Notes under the pieces: model-generated
Databases searched by the model: none
What the model was told of the DNA's origin: nothing
The model's input: only the letters and a program-made list of their open reading frames with translations
Assembly: GCA_008690995.1 (NCBI GenBank)
Contig: VRMN01000004.1
Location: 992,001-1,056,000, forward strand
Direction of reading: 5' to 3'
Length of the DNA stretch: 64,000 nt
Origin: Porphyridium purpureum
Taxonomy: Eukaryota
Program-made: the position numbers and the translations under genes
Shown here: positions 39,902-50,765 of the stretch, in pieces
Numbering within the stretch: the stretch's first letter is position 1
How the letters are laid out: each line of letters begins with the position of its first letter

Positions 39902-40088
39902 TTGTCATCATCAATGCTCTTTCATGACAACTTATCTTCTCATTACAAAGTAAGTCATCTTGAATCAAAATATGTCATCTTTGTAGCTCACAGATGAAAT
40001 ATGTCATGATGTGGAACTAAAGGATGGTTTATGTCATCTCGAGAAGGAAACCGATGGTTTACGTCATTGGAGAGAATGTAAAGATGAC
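39902..40088. promoter_or_regulatory. Phased GTCAT/ATGAC motif array in a divergent promoter
   Basis: GTCAT at 39904, 39954, 39974, 40003, 40033, 40063; ATGAC at 39924 and 40084. Confidence 0.5.
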
Positions 40089-40308
40089 ACATTCCGTGAT
40101 GTCTCTGGTTCACGTGGAATTTGGTTGGTGCGAAAGGTGTGTCCGGTTGGATGGTAACTGTGACTAGAGCGGCAGAAGGACTTGGGTTCTGGTTTACGCG
40201 CGGTACAAGGCGGTAAGGACGGACCGGGTTCTGCGAGCCTGACACCTGAAGCCTGTGGAGTACTTCAAGGTTCATTGATTTAGTCGGCGTCTTTGCATTC
40301 CCACGGTC

Positions 40309-41208
40309 ATGTTTGTTGAGGCCGGAGGTCTACGTCTGCACGGCGTCTTACGCACTTGTAGGTCTCAGCCAGGATGCAAGGTGGCTAGGTGTTCGAGGCA
40401 TGCACGGCGTGCGTCCCATCCCCGAACGCGTAGCGCTGCAGTCATCACGTGCGAGCTGAGTTATTCGATGCAGTCGACGTTCGCGTTTGCATCGAGTCCC
40501 ACGCAGCTGGCCGTCGGTTCGGCTGCGGCACTGCTGGGGCTCGTTCTCGCCGTGCGGTACCTCGAGTCACCGTGGTTAGCTTCGCTGATGAAGCGAATGA
40601 CGCGGCGGGACTCCCCAGGAGCAAGCTTTGGTAGTTCGCGGCCCAAACTGGTGCTGCAGCTGATCTTGCAGAGCGCTGTGCAAGTGGAGCAATACCGCCT
40701 TCGAAAGGGCGAGAACGTGCTGCAGTTTGATTCTTACGAAGAGCTGTGCTACGTCGCCAAAACCGCTCTGCAGCGCGGCGGTGCGGGGTCGCGAATCAGC
40801 GGCGTTTACCGCATGTCAGACGACCAAGTTGAGCAGCTGCGTGTGCCCACGTATGATCGCCTGGAAGGCGACACGTCAACGTACGCGTCCGCGAGCCAAG
40901 ACCCGAACGACCTCTGGACAGAGTACATTCTGCGCGACGCGTTTTCTGACGTGGACGCGGCGTGGAAAAGCTTCTCGGAGCGCAACCTGCTGCGCGTCGA
41001 GGTGGACGACGCGTCACGCACCTCGTCGTCACCCACGTGCCGTCTGTGCAACGGGACCGGAAAGACTGTGTGCTCGCGATGCCGCGGCGCGTCCAAGCCC
41101 AAGGGTGCCTCCACCGCGCGCTCTGCGCGACCGCTCTGCGACGTCTGCAACGCATCTGGCCAGGTGAACTGCGCGTGGTGCAACTCCGAACCGCCCACAC
41201 CCTCCTGA
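40309..41208 (+). CDS. Plastid-targeted DnaJ-type zinc-finger membrane protein
   Basis: Transit-like N-terminus, one TM, four CxxC motifs CRLCNGTG, CSRCRGAS, CDVCNASG, CAWCN; no J-domain HPD. Confidence 0.7.
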   Translation: MFVEAGGLRLHGVLRTCRSQPGCKVARCSRHARRASHPRTRSAAVITCELSYSMQSTFAFASSPTQLAVGSAAALLGLVLAVRYLESPWLASLMKRMTRRDSPGASFGSSRPKLVLQLILQSAVQVEQYRLRKGENVLQFDSYEELCYVAKTALQRGGAGSRISGVYRMSDDQVEQLRVPTYDRLEGDTSTYASASQDPNDLWTEYILRDAFSDVDAAWKSFSERNLLRVEVDDASRTSSSPTCRLCNGTGKTVCSRCRGASKPKGASTARSARPLCDVCNASGQVNCAWCNSEPPTPS

Positions 41209-41513
41209 GAGCTGTACCAATAAAGTACAGCTCACACAAACGGTACACGAACTGTACGCGCTGTACTTTTCGAGATTGTGTGTGGAGATCAAGATCGTGT
41301 GCTCAAACGGGCGTGTTTTCGGGTCGTGGCAGGCTAAAAACGCCAGAGCCGCGTGCGCGCCCCCCCCCAAAACGCGCGTGCTGCTATGAATGGACGTCGC
41401 TTTGATACGAACGTCGCTGAATGGTGCTGAACCCAACGCCGCGCCCGACCCCGCGCTCGAACGTAGCTTGAACGTCTTTCTCGCGCGCTCACGACTGGAG
41501 GCTTGTCGCTTCG

Positions 41514-41558
41514 CGCATCGCTCGCATCGCTCGCATCACGCGCATCACGCGCATCGCA
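41514..41558 (+). repeat. 9-bp tandem repeat (CGCATCRCN)x5 upstream of the plastid translocator
   Basis: CGCATCGCT CGCATCGCT CGCATCACG CGCATCACG CGCATCGCA. Confidence 0.85.
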
Positions 41559-41787
41559 CTCGTGTCACGCACTCACATCTCGCGCACATTCACATACGCA
41601 GGCGCGCTCCGGTTTGGGCCTTGACAACACGTCGCGCGGCACTCGGCAGGCTCGGCGTTTTTGCTCTCGTTCTGCGCTCCGGTGCGTGAGAGTTTGGTGG
41701 GCGTGTGGTCGTCGCGGACTGGTGGCTGGTTGGGCACACAGAGAGATCGGGTAGTGCAGAGACGTGGAAGGGCGGCAGAACGAGAGA

Positions 41788-43056
41788 ATGGCGTTTGTGA
41801 CGGCCGCATCGGCAGCCGCGTGCTGCCGCAAGTGGCTGGGTTCTGGCGCGGTGAATGCCGCGGCTGCGTCGCCAGCGTCGCGCCGCGCAGAAACGGGACG
41901 TGACGAGCCGTATCGCGTGTGTCGTGCGGCGAGCTCCGTGCAGATGCTCGTGGGAGGCGCGTCGACGTGCAAGCTCGGTTCGGCGTCGCTGCACAGGTCT
42001 ACACTCGTGAGTAGATGGGGCGCAAAGGGCGGGAGGCGAATGGAATCGGCACCCGTGCGGGCAGCGTCTGCCGCCGGCGAAGGCGACGCGGATGCTAAGG
42101 CCGCTGCGGCCGAAAAGGCCAAGGTCGGACTGTACATCGGCCTCTGGTACGCGTTCAATATCGTGTACAACATCTCGAACAAAAAGTCGTTGAACTGGCT
42201 GGCGCTGCCGTGGTTTGTGTCGTGGGCCCAGTTGGTGGTGGGCGCGCTGTGGTATGTGCCGCTGTGGGCGCTTGGTTTGCGCAAGACGCCCAAGCTCAGC
42301 AAGGACAACATTCGCACGCTGCTTCCGGTGTCCATTGCGCATTTGATCGGACACGTGTCTACGGTCGTCGCGCTTGGTGCGGTTGCAGTGTCGTTCACGC
42401 ACGTGATCAAGTCGATGGAGCCCTTTTTCAACGTGATGGGCTCGGCCATCTTTTTGAAAGAAGTCTTCCCTCTTCCGGTGTACGTGTCCCTGATTCCGAT
42501 CGTGGCCGGTGTCACCGTCGCGAGCGTGAGTGAAGTGAGCTTTACATGGTTTGGCTTCTTGTCAGCGATGACGTCGAACGTGGCGTTTACTGTGCGAAAC
42601 TTGATCAGCAAGGCAAACATGAACACGCCGCTGGGCGAAAATATGGACGAGGTGAACTTATTCTCTGTGATCCAGGCGATTGCAGCCGTTATCTTTGCAC
42701 CTTTTGCACTTGCGATGGACGGGCCGAAACTCGTGAGTGCGTGGAAGGCCGCGACAACAGGCGCGACAGCAGTGACAACGTCGGGCAGCCTCATTTTCAA
42801 CATTGCTCTGGCCGGTCTGTTCTTCCAGCTCTACCAAGAAGTGTCGTACTTGGCTCTCGGTAAGATCGCTCCGGTATCGCACGCCGTCGCCAACACGATG
42901 AAGCGCGTTGTGATTATTCTGACAAGTCTGGTCGTATTTAAGAACCCCATCACGAAGGCCAACATCCTGGGCTCCAGTATTGCCATTGCGGGCGTGCTTG
43001 CATACTCGCTTGTGAAGAACCACTATGCGAGCAAGAAGAAGTCCAAGTCTGCATAG
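41788..43056 (+). CDS. Plastid phosphate translocator (TPT family; PPT/GPT-like)
   Basis: Transit peptide MAFV...; WYAFNIVYNISNKK, AVAVSFTHVIKSMEPFF, SAMTSNVAFTVRN, SHAVANTMKRV. Confidence 0.92.
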   Translation: MAFVTAASAAACCRKWLGSGAVNAAAASPASRRAETGRDEPYRVCRAASSVQMLVGGASTCKLGSASLHRSTLVSRWGAKGGRRMESAPVRAASAAGEGDADAKAAAAEKAKVGLYIGLWYAFNIVYNISNKKSLNWLALPWFVSWAQLVVGALWYVPLWALGLRKTPKLSKDNIRTLLPVSIAHLIGHVSTVVALGAVAVSFTHVIKSMEPFFNVMGSAIFLKEVFPLPVYVSLIPIVAGVTVASVSEVSFTWFGFLSAMTSNVAFTVRNLISKANMNTPLGENMDEVNLFSVIQAIAAVIFAPFALAMDGPKLVSAWKAATTGATAVTTSGSLIFNIALAGLFFQLYQEVSYLALGKIAPVSHAVANTMKRVVIILTSLVVFKNPITKANILGSSIAIAGVLAYSLVKNHYASKKKSKSA

Positions 43057-43259
43057 TTTGGTTTCCCCCCCTGTGCGTCGGATTCGCGGCGCTTTCTTTG
43101 AGTCTGATTGCGAAAAGGCAGGATTCCGTCCGACGACATAGTGCCTAAATTGGCAGTGTATCGTCTTGTTCGAAACTCTTCACAGCTCGAAGGGATAAGA
43201 AAGAGGGAACCCCAAAAGGGAGCGCCGCAGATACGAGCAGTAAACTTAGCCAGCCAAAA

Positions 43260-44381
43260 CTAACTCTTGCTTGTCCGGTACACCGCGTATTGATACAAGC
43301 CCGCGCCAAGCAGCGCCACCACGCACCCAAGGCCATTGAGTGGGTTCATGGACGTGTGGAATACCACAATCGATGCCCCAATGACGAAGACGCGCTTCAG
43401 CGTGTTTATAATGCTGTGCGATAAGGGATGCAGGTACTTGAGCACTTTGAAGGCCGCCTCGTAGTACAAATGAAAACATATGCCCGCCAACGCCAAATCG
43501 CGTAGTGCGAAACGCGAACTGTTTGTTTCCAAGAGCCGTGTCCAGAACCCTTGCTCCAGCGACTGTGGCATCTCGAAAAGCAATACGAGGGGCAGAACGC
43601 AGCACGCCGACAGAGCTTGGATCACCGCAAAGAGGTTCACGGCGTCGAGGGACAGTGCAGAGACATCCTCCCGGTGCAGAAAAATCTTAGACCTGACGTT
43701 CCGATACGAGTAGCCCACATTGCTAACCATGGCAGAAACCAAGCCAAAGTGCGAATACGAAGCATCTGAAATCGAACAGATCGAGACACCCATCACCACG
43801 GGCACAATTGCCAGGTACACGGGCCATGAAAAATTTACGTCCGCGAGGACAAGGCCGAACAGCGCATTGAAGACTGGTTCCAGTGATTTCACAATGTGGG
43901 TGAATGCCACGCTCACGCTGGCCATCGAAAACACGAGCCCGATCGTGCCTGCAGCATGTGCAAGTGCCATGGGCATGATCTCGAGCAAGATAAGCAAAGG
44001 TACCTTCGGTACGGATCTAGCTCCGGACACCCAAAGTACCAGATTATATGGCAATCCTGTCACCAGCATCGCAAGCGTAACAAAGAGCGGCATGGACTCT
44101 AACACCAGCAAGCTCTTCTTCAACATAATCTGCGAAACCACCGAAAATAAGTACCATAAGCACACACCCACGGCCAAAAGCCCACCTTCCATCTGATCCT
44201 CCCGCACGTCCCTGTCATGCCTCAGCGTCGCATCACGTGCGCCCGAACTCACGTTCTCATGCGCTCTTTCCTTCTCCCCCACGAAAGACGCATCCTGTTC
44301 GTACTCATGATGCAGGAGCTGCCTGGACTCGATCGAGCTCTCGCTGACGATGCCATGCTCCGTGTCCCACCCAGATGACAT
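43260..44381 (-). CDS. Phosphate-translocator (TPT family) paralog lacking an obvious transit peptide
   Basis: VSVAFTHIVKSLEPVF, SAMVSNVGYSYRN, SHSIINTLKRV; acidic N-terminus from ATG 44381. Confidence 0.88.
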   Translation of the reverse strand: MSSGWDTEHGIVSESSIESRQLLHHEYEQDASFVGEKERAHENVSSGARDATLRHDRDVREDQMEGGLLAVGVCLWYLFSVVSQIMLKKSLLVLESMPLFVTLAMLVTGLPYNLVLWVSGARSVPKVPLLILLEIMPMALAHAAGTIGLVFSMASVSVAFTHIVKSLEPVFNALFGLVLADVNFSWPVYLAIVPVVMGVSICSISDASYSHFGLVSAMVSNVGYSYRNVRSKIFLHREDVSALSLDAVNLFAVIQALSACCVLPLVLLFEMPQSLEQGFWTRLLETNSSRFALRDLALAGICFHLYYEAAFKVLKYLHPLSHSIINTLKRVFVIGASIVVFHTSMNPLNGLGCVVALLGAGLYQYAVYRTSKS

Positions 44382-45265
44382 GGCTCTGCCGTTCAACCCA
44401 ACCCAACTCCACTTCTTGTTCTTCTCTGCTTTGGTTTTCTGCTCGTGCGAAATCCGAACGCGAGCATGAAAATTTGACCGACGCGCACGGCACATTTTGC
44501 GTCTTGAGTACGAGCTAGAAAAGGACGGCGCGCGTCTCATGGTCAAGCATCGCTCTCTCACAATGCATTCAGCCGCGACCCTGGATCAGCCACGTCCGTG
44601 GGCTCGTTTGCACATCTAGCGCGAGTGGTCGCCGCGCGAAATACGTGACTTCTGGACGGAAAAAAAAGCGTAGGCTGAATGGAAGGGGGCTATCGTGAAC
44701 AGCGGGAGGGGCACTGCGCCGAGGGAATTTTCAGGCTTTCGTCAGGTGTCTCTTCCATCGCCAGTGTCAAGGCGGACCGGTTTCCATGGTATGTGACATT
44801 TACAGCGAGGAATCTCGTGCAACTTGGCATCCGAATCTGCCACCCAATGTCAAAGGCGCTCGCTGCTGCCCATTATAATGGTTCGCTACAAGAAAGACTT
44901 GATCGACGCCATCGACGGCGACTGGGATGTAAACTTATATCCACAGCCGTCTTCGTTTGATGAGAGAGAGCGCCATCGCTCGTGATTATAATTTTTTTTT
45001 CTATCGTTAGATGTGGCGAGCTTGCGGCTGAGCTTGACGAAGCAGACGGCGATGTCGACAATGACTTCGGCACATGCAGAAGGACATTCACACCCGGGAT
45101 CTTGTCCAAGGTTGTCCGACTTCTCGAGCGACTTGAAAGTAACTGTACTAATGGTACAGTGAGTTCACTACGAAACGCGTGTACGCGCGTGCGCGGGGTG
45201 GAGCTGATCGGGAGGCCGAGTGGGCGCTGGACACGACGAGGAGCAGGGCTGGGATACAGGCCGCC

Positions 45266-46977
45266 ATGGATCACGCGCTCGTGGCCGAAGCGCGCCGGTT
45301 ACTGGGGATCCTGCGGAACGCAAATGTGGCGCCGTCGTGGAGTCAGGATCAGCGCGAGCAGGAGCTCGTTCTCGCGCTGAAGTCTGTGTGCGACATCGTG
45401 TACGGTGTGCGCTCGTACGCATCGGGAAGTGTCACACCGGTCATGTCGCACGCCGCGCCGCATCCGCACGATGGCGCCGCGCAAGGCGCGAACGCACGAG
45501 TCAATGGCTATGCGCCGTCGGTTGACCCCGTGAGCACAGGTGGATCGACGGACGTGAGCGCGCAGCTGCGTGATCCGGAAGTTGCCTTCGAAGCAACGAA
45601 ATCACCCGCAGTTGAGTCGTGTTCGGGCTCAGCATTTGACCTGGCTGTTGTACTGGAGCCATTCGTGCAGCTGCTGGCGCCGGGCGTCGCGCCGCCAGAC
45701 GTTCAAGCTGAAGCAGTGTGCGCGCTACGGAGGATTCTAGCATGCCCTCAAGACCCGCGTTTCGTACCGCAAAATACAGCAGGCGCCCTGGTGCAGCTGA
45801 CAGAGCGCGCGTGTACACTGCGAAGCGTGTCAGATCAATCAAATTTGCTCCTAAGTGGGTACATTTGCGAGCTGCTATGCACAGTGTGGTCATGCAGGCT
45901 CGCAGACCAACTCGCTGACGCTGAACTACTTATCCTCGCGGCGCGTATCGTGCGCGTCGTATTTAATCCCAATCAGAGTCTGGAAATGCGAGCACAGGCA
46001 GGAACTTGTATGTATCCAATTATGCGCAGTATGCTGCAATTTTGCGCTCAACCGGCGAAAGAAAACACCGGAATCGACCCAATGCAACTTGACCTCTTTG
46101 CGCAGAAACTACGCGCCGAGGTTGCGCCTCGCAGGATTGAGTCATTTTCATTTCCAATCGACTCGCTGATGATGACCGCATCGGCCTTTTCTCTGCTGAC
46201 GGGGACCACCGCCACCAAAAGCTCTACAAAAGAACAGCAAGTAGAGCATTCAAAGCCAGCAAATCACCAAGGCCCACAGCAGCAGCAGTGCAGCAGTCGC
46301 GAGCGACCGCTCGTTGCGATTCTCCTGTTTCTGGCAGCGGTTGCGGACCCACAGACCAAATACCCGACAGTCGACCGCGTGTTTGCGTCATCGCTCATCG
46401 CCTGCTTTTTGCGCGAGCTCTCGTGCATGGCCTTGCCGTTCGTACTGAGCACAACTGTGCAGCGCGTGCTCTCGGAAAATGTTGCCGCTGTGATGCTGCG
46501 TATTCTGTGCTCTTCGCGCACTGCAGTGAGCACAGTATCCAACGCATTTGAAGTGCTATCAGAATTAATTTGCATCGAGGCCATCCCTTGTCGCCAACGC
46601 GTGCTCGCTGCTCTGCTCGAGCACGTCTTTCCCATCTATATTCATGGCATGTTCAGCTCTGGCGAATACATGAACAGCATGCAGCGTGAGATAGGTCTGG
46701 AAGCGCTCAAATCTCTTCTTTGGCGCGGAAAAATGATCTCGGTCATTTACTCCTCCTTCGACTGCAACCCATATTGCCGATTTGGTCTAGCGTCGCTCCT
46801 GGAGGCGCTATGCTCTTTCTCGCTGTATAGTCGTGGTAGTGGAGGCATCGAGCAAATATCCAGCGTCAATTCGAGAGAGCTCCGAGCCGTGTATCTTGCG
46901 CGAGCTCAGATTACCACAGGTCTCATTCACGTGCTCTCTTCGTTGTCGGGTGCTACCGCGTCGTCGTCAACAAAGCC

Positions 46978-47012
<35 letters not shown>

Positions 47013-50000
47013 TCCAGATGCACGTGAACGCGCATGCCGAAAATCTGAGCGCGTTCGTACATGTGCCTATCTCAAAGCTGCGTTTGCATCGACAAGGCAA
47101 GGGCGTTCTCTTTTCCGAACTAGACCGATTCGAAAGGCTTGGCAGCTCTAAACGTACTGCTTCCAAGCTCGCCGAAATTCTCAGTCATACCAAAATCCAG
47201 GCAGCGCTCTTCCCCGGAAGCGGCACCGTTGCGAGCACTGGTATCAACAGAGCGGCACAAGTGGCAGTCTTTTTGAAAAGCTCCCGCCTCGTTGACCGTG
47301 CGACGATCGGAACGATTCTCGGAGAGCCAGACGAATTTTCTGTCAGTGTGCTGACGGAGTTTGCGCGCTTATTTTCCTTCCAAGGTCTCGATGTTGTTCA
47401 TGCGATGCGCTTATTTCTAGCCGCCTTTCACCTTCAAGGCGAGGCGCAGAAAATTGACCGCATTATGCATGCATTTGCGACGCAGTATTTCGAGCAGAAT
47501 TGTCTCTATGGCGACAGCCACGCTGGTCATGGTGGCAGCAGCAGCGCTGCTGGTGGGAACATGGTGGCCGCTTCGCGTCCACTGTTTAATTCGGCAGATG
47601 CAGTGTACGTGCTTGCGTTTTCGATCATCATGCTAAACACCGATCGGCACAACCACATGGTCAAGACGAAAATGTCGCTGCGCGAATTTAAGAGCAATAA
47701 TCGCGGGATCAATGACGGGGCGGATTTTGACGAGGCTTTTCTCGAACATGTATACGATTCGATAGCCCGAGAGGAGATCAAAATGAGCAAGGACTATGAT
47801 ACGCTGAGGCGGAATTTTGACTGGACGGGTTACTTGGGAAGAAAGGACGATCACGACAATCTCAGTATGCGACTCATGATCCCGGCTGAGGGCGGCAGTA
47901 TTGAGGCAGAACTGTTTGCAGATTGCTGGCGCCACTTTGCCAGTGCAGCTGACTTGCTTCTCAATGAGACGTCCGACCTGGACACGATGCACAACATTAT
48001 CGGAGACTTTTTGAGCCTCGCACACTGTTCTATAGAGTATTCGACACCCGGTGTGGTGGATGAGCTCGTGAAATCCTTTGCGAACTCGTCCATGCTATTA
48101 TCCGGTCCGCTTCATAGTCTCGTAAGTACCGTAGGTACCAGCGTGCATGCGCAGATGTGCATGGTGTCATTGTTTCGCCTTGCGCGTGAGTACCACGACC
48201 GTATCGGCGTTGACGGCTGGGGCGTCATGCTTGGTATCGCGATTCGACTACACGTGCTTGGTTTGTTCCGCGTCATTGATGACCCTTACGAGTATGTCAT
48301 TCCACCCGAACGAAAGCACCTGCGAACGTCAGACTCTACAATCTTTCCGGAGTGGTGGCCAGCGTACCCGGAAACCTTCGACGAATCTGACGCCAGCGCC
48401 GTAAGAAATAGCAACGGATTCAGCAGTTGGTATAGTGATGATCAGTCGTCGATGCAGATTCCGCGCGCGGGTTTCTCCAGCTTGATGAGTTCGGTGTTTG
48501 GTGTCCGCCCAAATGAATTGAAGTGGAACCAGGTGGTGCCATTCTTTTTGCGCAGTAGCGGAACGGACCAGGTCAAGCTCAAAACGCTGCGGCGGCTAGT
48601 TAAGAACTGTGTAGCCGACTGTCGAATGCGGGACATCTTTGTCGAGGAAACGCGTTTTATTTCCACTGACTCGTTGAACGCGTTGTTGGGCTCGCTCTGT
48701 AATGTGCTCAATGTGGGTCTTCGCGAGCTGCAGCAGAGTCAGGGCACTCGTGACGGCCTGACGAAATCTGGGAGGCCTCTGGGGCACCAGACATCTCTCA
48801 TTTTGTATGGCGCTGAGGCAGCAGAATTGTCTGGCTCTGGTCGTGCCACGCACAGGAGAGAGAGCGGCGCGGGCAGCCACTTGCGAGGGTTGGACGCAAG
48901 CCCGGCGGGAGGCTCAACACCTCGCGAAAAAGAAAGCGCGTACGTTGAAACGGACAGCACTGCGCTCAATATGATGCTGGTGTCTTTCTGCTGCGATCTT
49001 TTTGGAGAGATCACAATCCAGAACAAAGACCGTCTGAACTCTGTGTGGCCGTTGTGCTGCGATATGCTGGATCGGATGTTCTCCTATGCCGAGGATGCGG
49101 ATCCAGTGGTGGAGCGCTGCGTTGTGTCGCTCTTAAAGCTCTCCATTCGGCTACTGCAGCGGAACGAAGTGCACGAGGCATTGCTCACGGCGATCACGTG
49201 GATCAACGAGTTGGCGCCAGAAATTCAGCATGCTCTGGGCCATTTGATTGTTTTGGGGCTATATGAAATCATTCGAATTCATGGCTCACAAATCCAGGAT
49301 GCGCGGGGGCTAAGTGTTTTGCTCGCGCTGCTTGGCAAAAGCGCAGATTGGGGCCCGGCGGCGGCGTTGGTGAGTGTCGAGTGTCTCAAGCTCGCCATCT
49401 CGATTCGTTCAGCCGTCATTCTTGGCGAGCGGACAACGTTTGAATTACTTCTGGCCGCTCTACAGCGGCAGCTTCTAAGTTGGCACCATTTGGAAGATAC
49501 GCAGCGCAGCGTGCTTGCATGTCTCGAGTCCATTCCGCTCCTTGCAGAGTCGATGCCAGACGATGCCACACGCCGGGATGTTGAGGATGAGCCGCAAGTG
49601 ACTTCCAAGTCGGCGTTTGATTGGAAGGATAAGGGTGCGCCGTTGCTGGAACGCTATGGAGAGCTGATTCTGAATTCACAGCATCCAGATCTGACAAATG
49701 CGTTGATTGCAAGCCTTTCTCGCGTCGTGGGCGTGAGCTCAAGCAGCTTTTCTACAAGTGCCCACAGCAACGGCAGCGCCAGCAACGTCAGCAGCCGCAG
49801 CAGCAGCAAGAGCAGTGGGAGCGGCAGAAGTAGCGCGAGTAAGACACTGGCAGCCGCCGAAGCCGACGGTGCAAGTTCGGACGCAGCCGATCTGAGCGGT
49901 GGTCGTCTGCCAGCGGACACCGGTGCGCTCGTGCTGCGTTCCCACCTTTGCCGGCTTCTCGTCGAGTTCATCAAGCACTCCTCCGCCTTGGACGGCCCAA

Positions 50001-50344
50001 GTGTGGTTTCCCTGAGCCGCTTGGTCTCCGGTTTCTACCAGGATCACTGCGAGCGGATTCACATGCATCTCGGCGAGGATGAGTGGAGTGCGGTATGGCT
50101 GTGTGTGTTGCAGAGCCTGATTGCGTCACTCGAAGCCGTACGTGAAGGCCAAGAGCCGCGGAGCGACGAGGGCGACGCGAGTATCTTTGACGTCGAAATC
50201 TATTCGTACATCAATGAGTGTATCCGGTGTTCTACCGAACATGGACTGCTGCTCACGGGCAGTGCAACATCCGAACAAACCAACGCGCTGCTCAGCCAAG
50301 CCACGCGTGACCGTCAACCCGCTTCATCGGGAACTGCCTCGTAA
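45266..50344 (+). CDS. Large Sec7-domain ARF guanine nucleotide exchange factor (GBF1/GNOM/Gea type)
   Basis: HUS-like YSSFDC; Sec7 FHLQGEAQKIDRIM (glutamic finger), FSIIMLNTD.HN, NNRGINDGAD; downstream ITIQNKDRL..VW. Confidence 0.92.
46979..47011 (+). repeat. (CAG)n polyglutamine tract in the ARF-GEF
   Basis: Encodes the Q11 run in KPQQQQQQQQQQQLQ. Confidence 0.9.
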
Positions 50345-50765
50345 CTGTACCTCTGTCCGGTCCAACAGCCATTCCCATCCTATTACAAAAACAATACCAT
50401 TCATACAAACATGCCGTGTCCATTGCAGAGGAATGCGTGCATTACAGCATCGCAGTCGTGCTTCCAGCCCACGCTGTCGTTCGCGTGGTATTGTGTAGTG
50501 TACAGTGGGGGGTATCAGTTGCTTGCCGTTGGACTGGAATGGACCCAAGTGACAGAGCGACACACATGTGACACATGGAGAGGAGACATAAAGGCACAGA
50601 CAGAAGGAGAGAGCCAGTGGAGGAAGGGCGAAGACGCCTGTGTGCGTGTGGAGTACGAGCGCACGATAACTTCGCAGGAGTCTATATTAACGACGACAAG
50701 GACGACGAGAGGAACGCGCCGCGAACACGCGATTTTGGAAGGCAGAACGGAAGTTGGACAGCAGG

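Noticed and set aside
39961..40090. CRISPR-like repeat/spacer appearance of the 30-bp periodic array
   Set aside because: Cores are only about 15 nt and imperfect, there are 3-4 units, the context is eukaryotic and no cas genes are present.
41565..42803. 412-aa minus-strand ORF (likewise 25653-26522 and 58728-59594)
   Set aside because: Antisense shadows of well-supported genes in GC-rich coding DNA.
44679..45060. Possible small spliced gene upstream of the ARF-GEF (GTATGT 44789 ... TTAG 45010)
   Set aside because: Splicing creates an immediate TGA and the peptide has no recognisable features; at most a leader intron or uORF.
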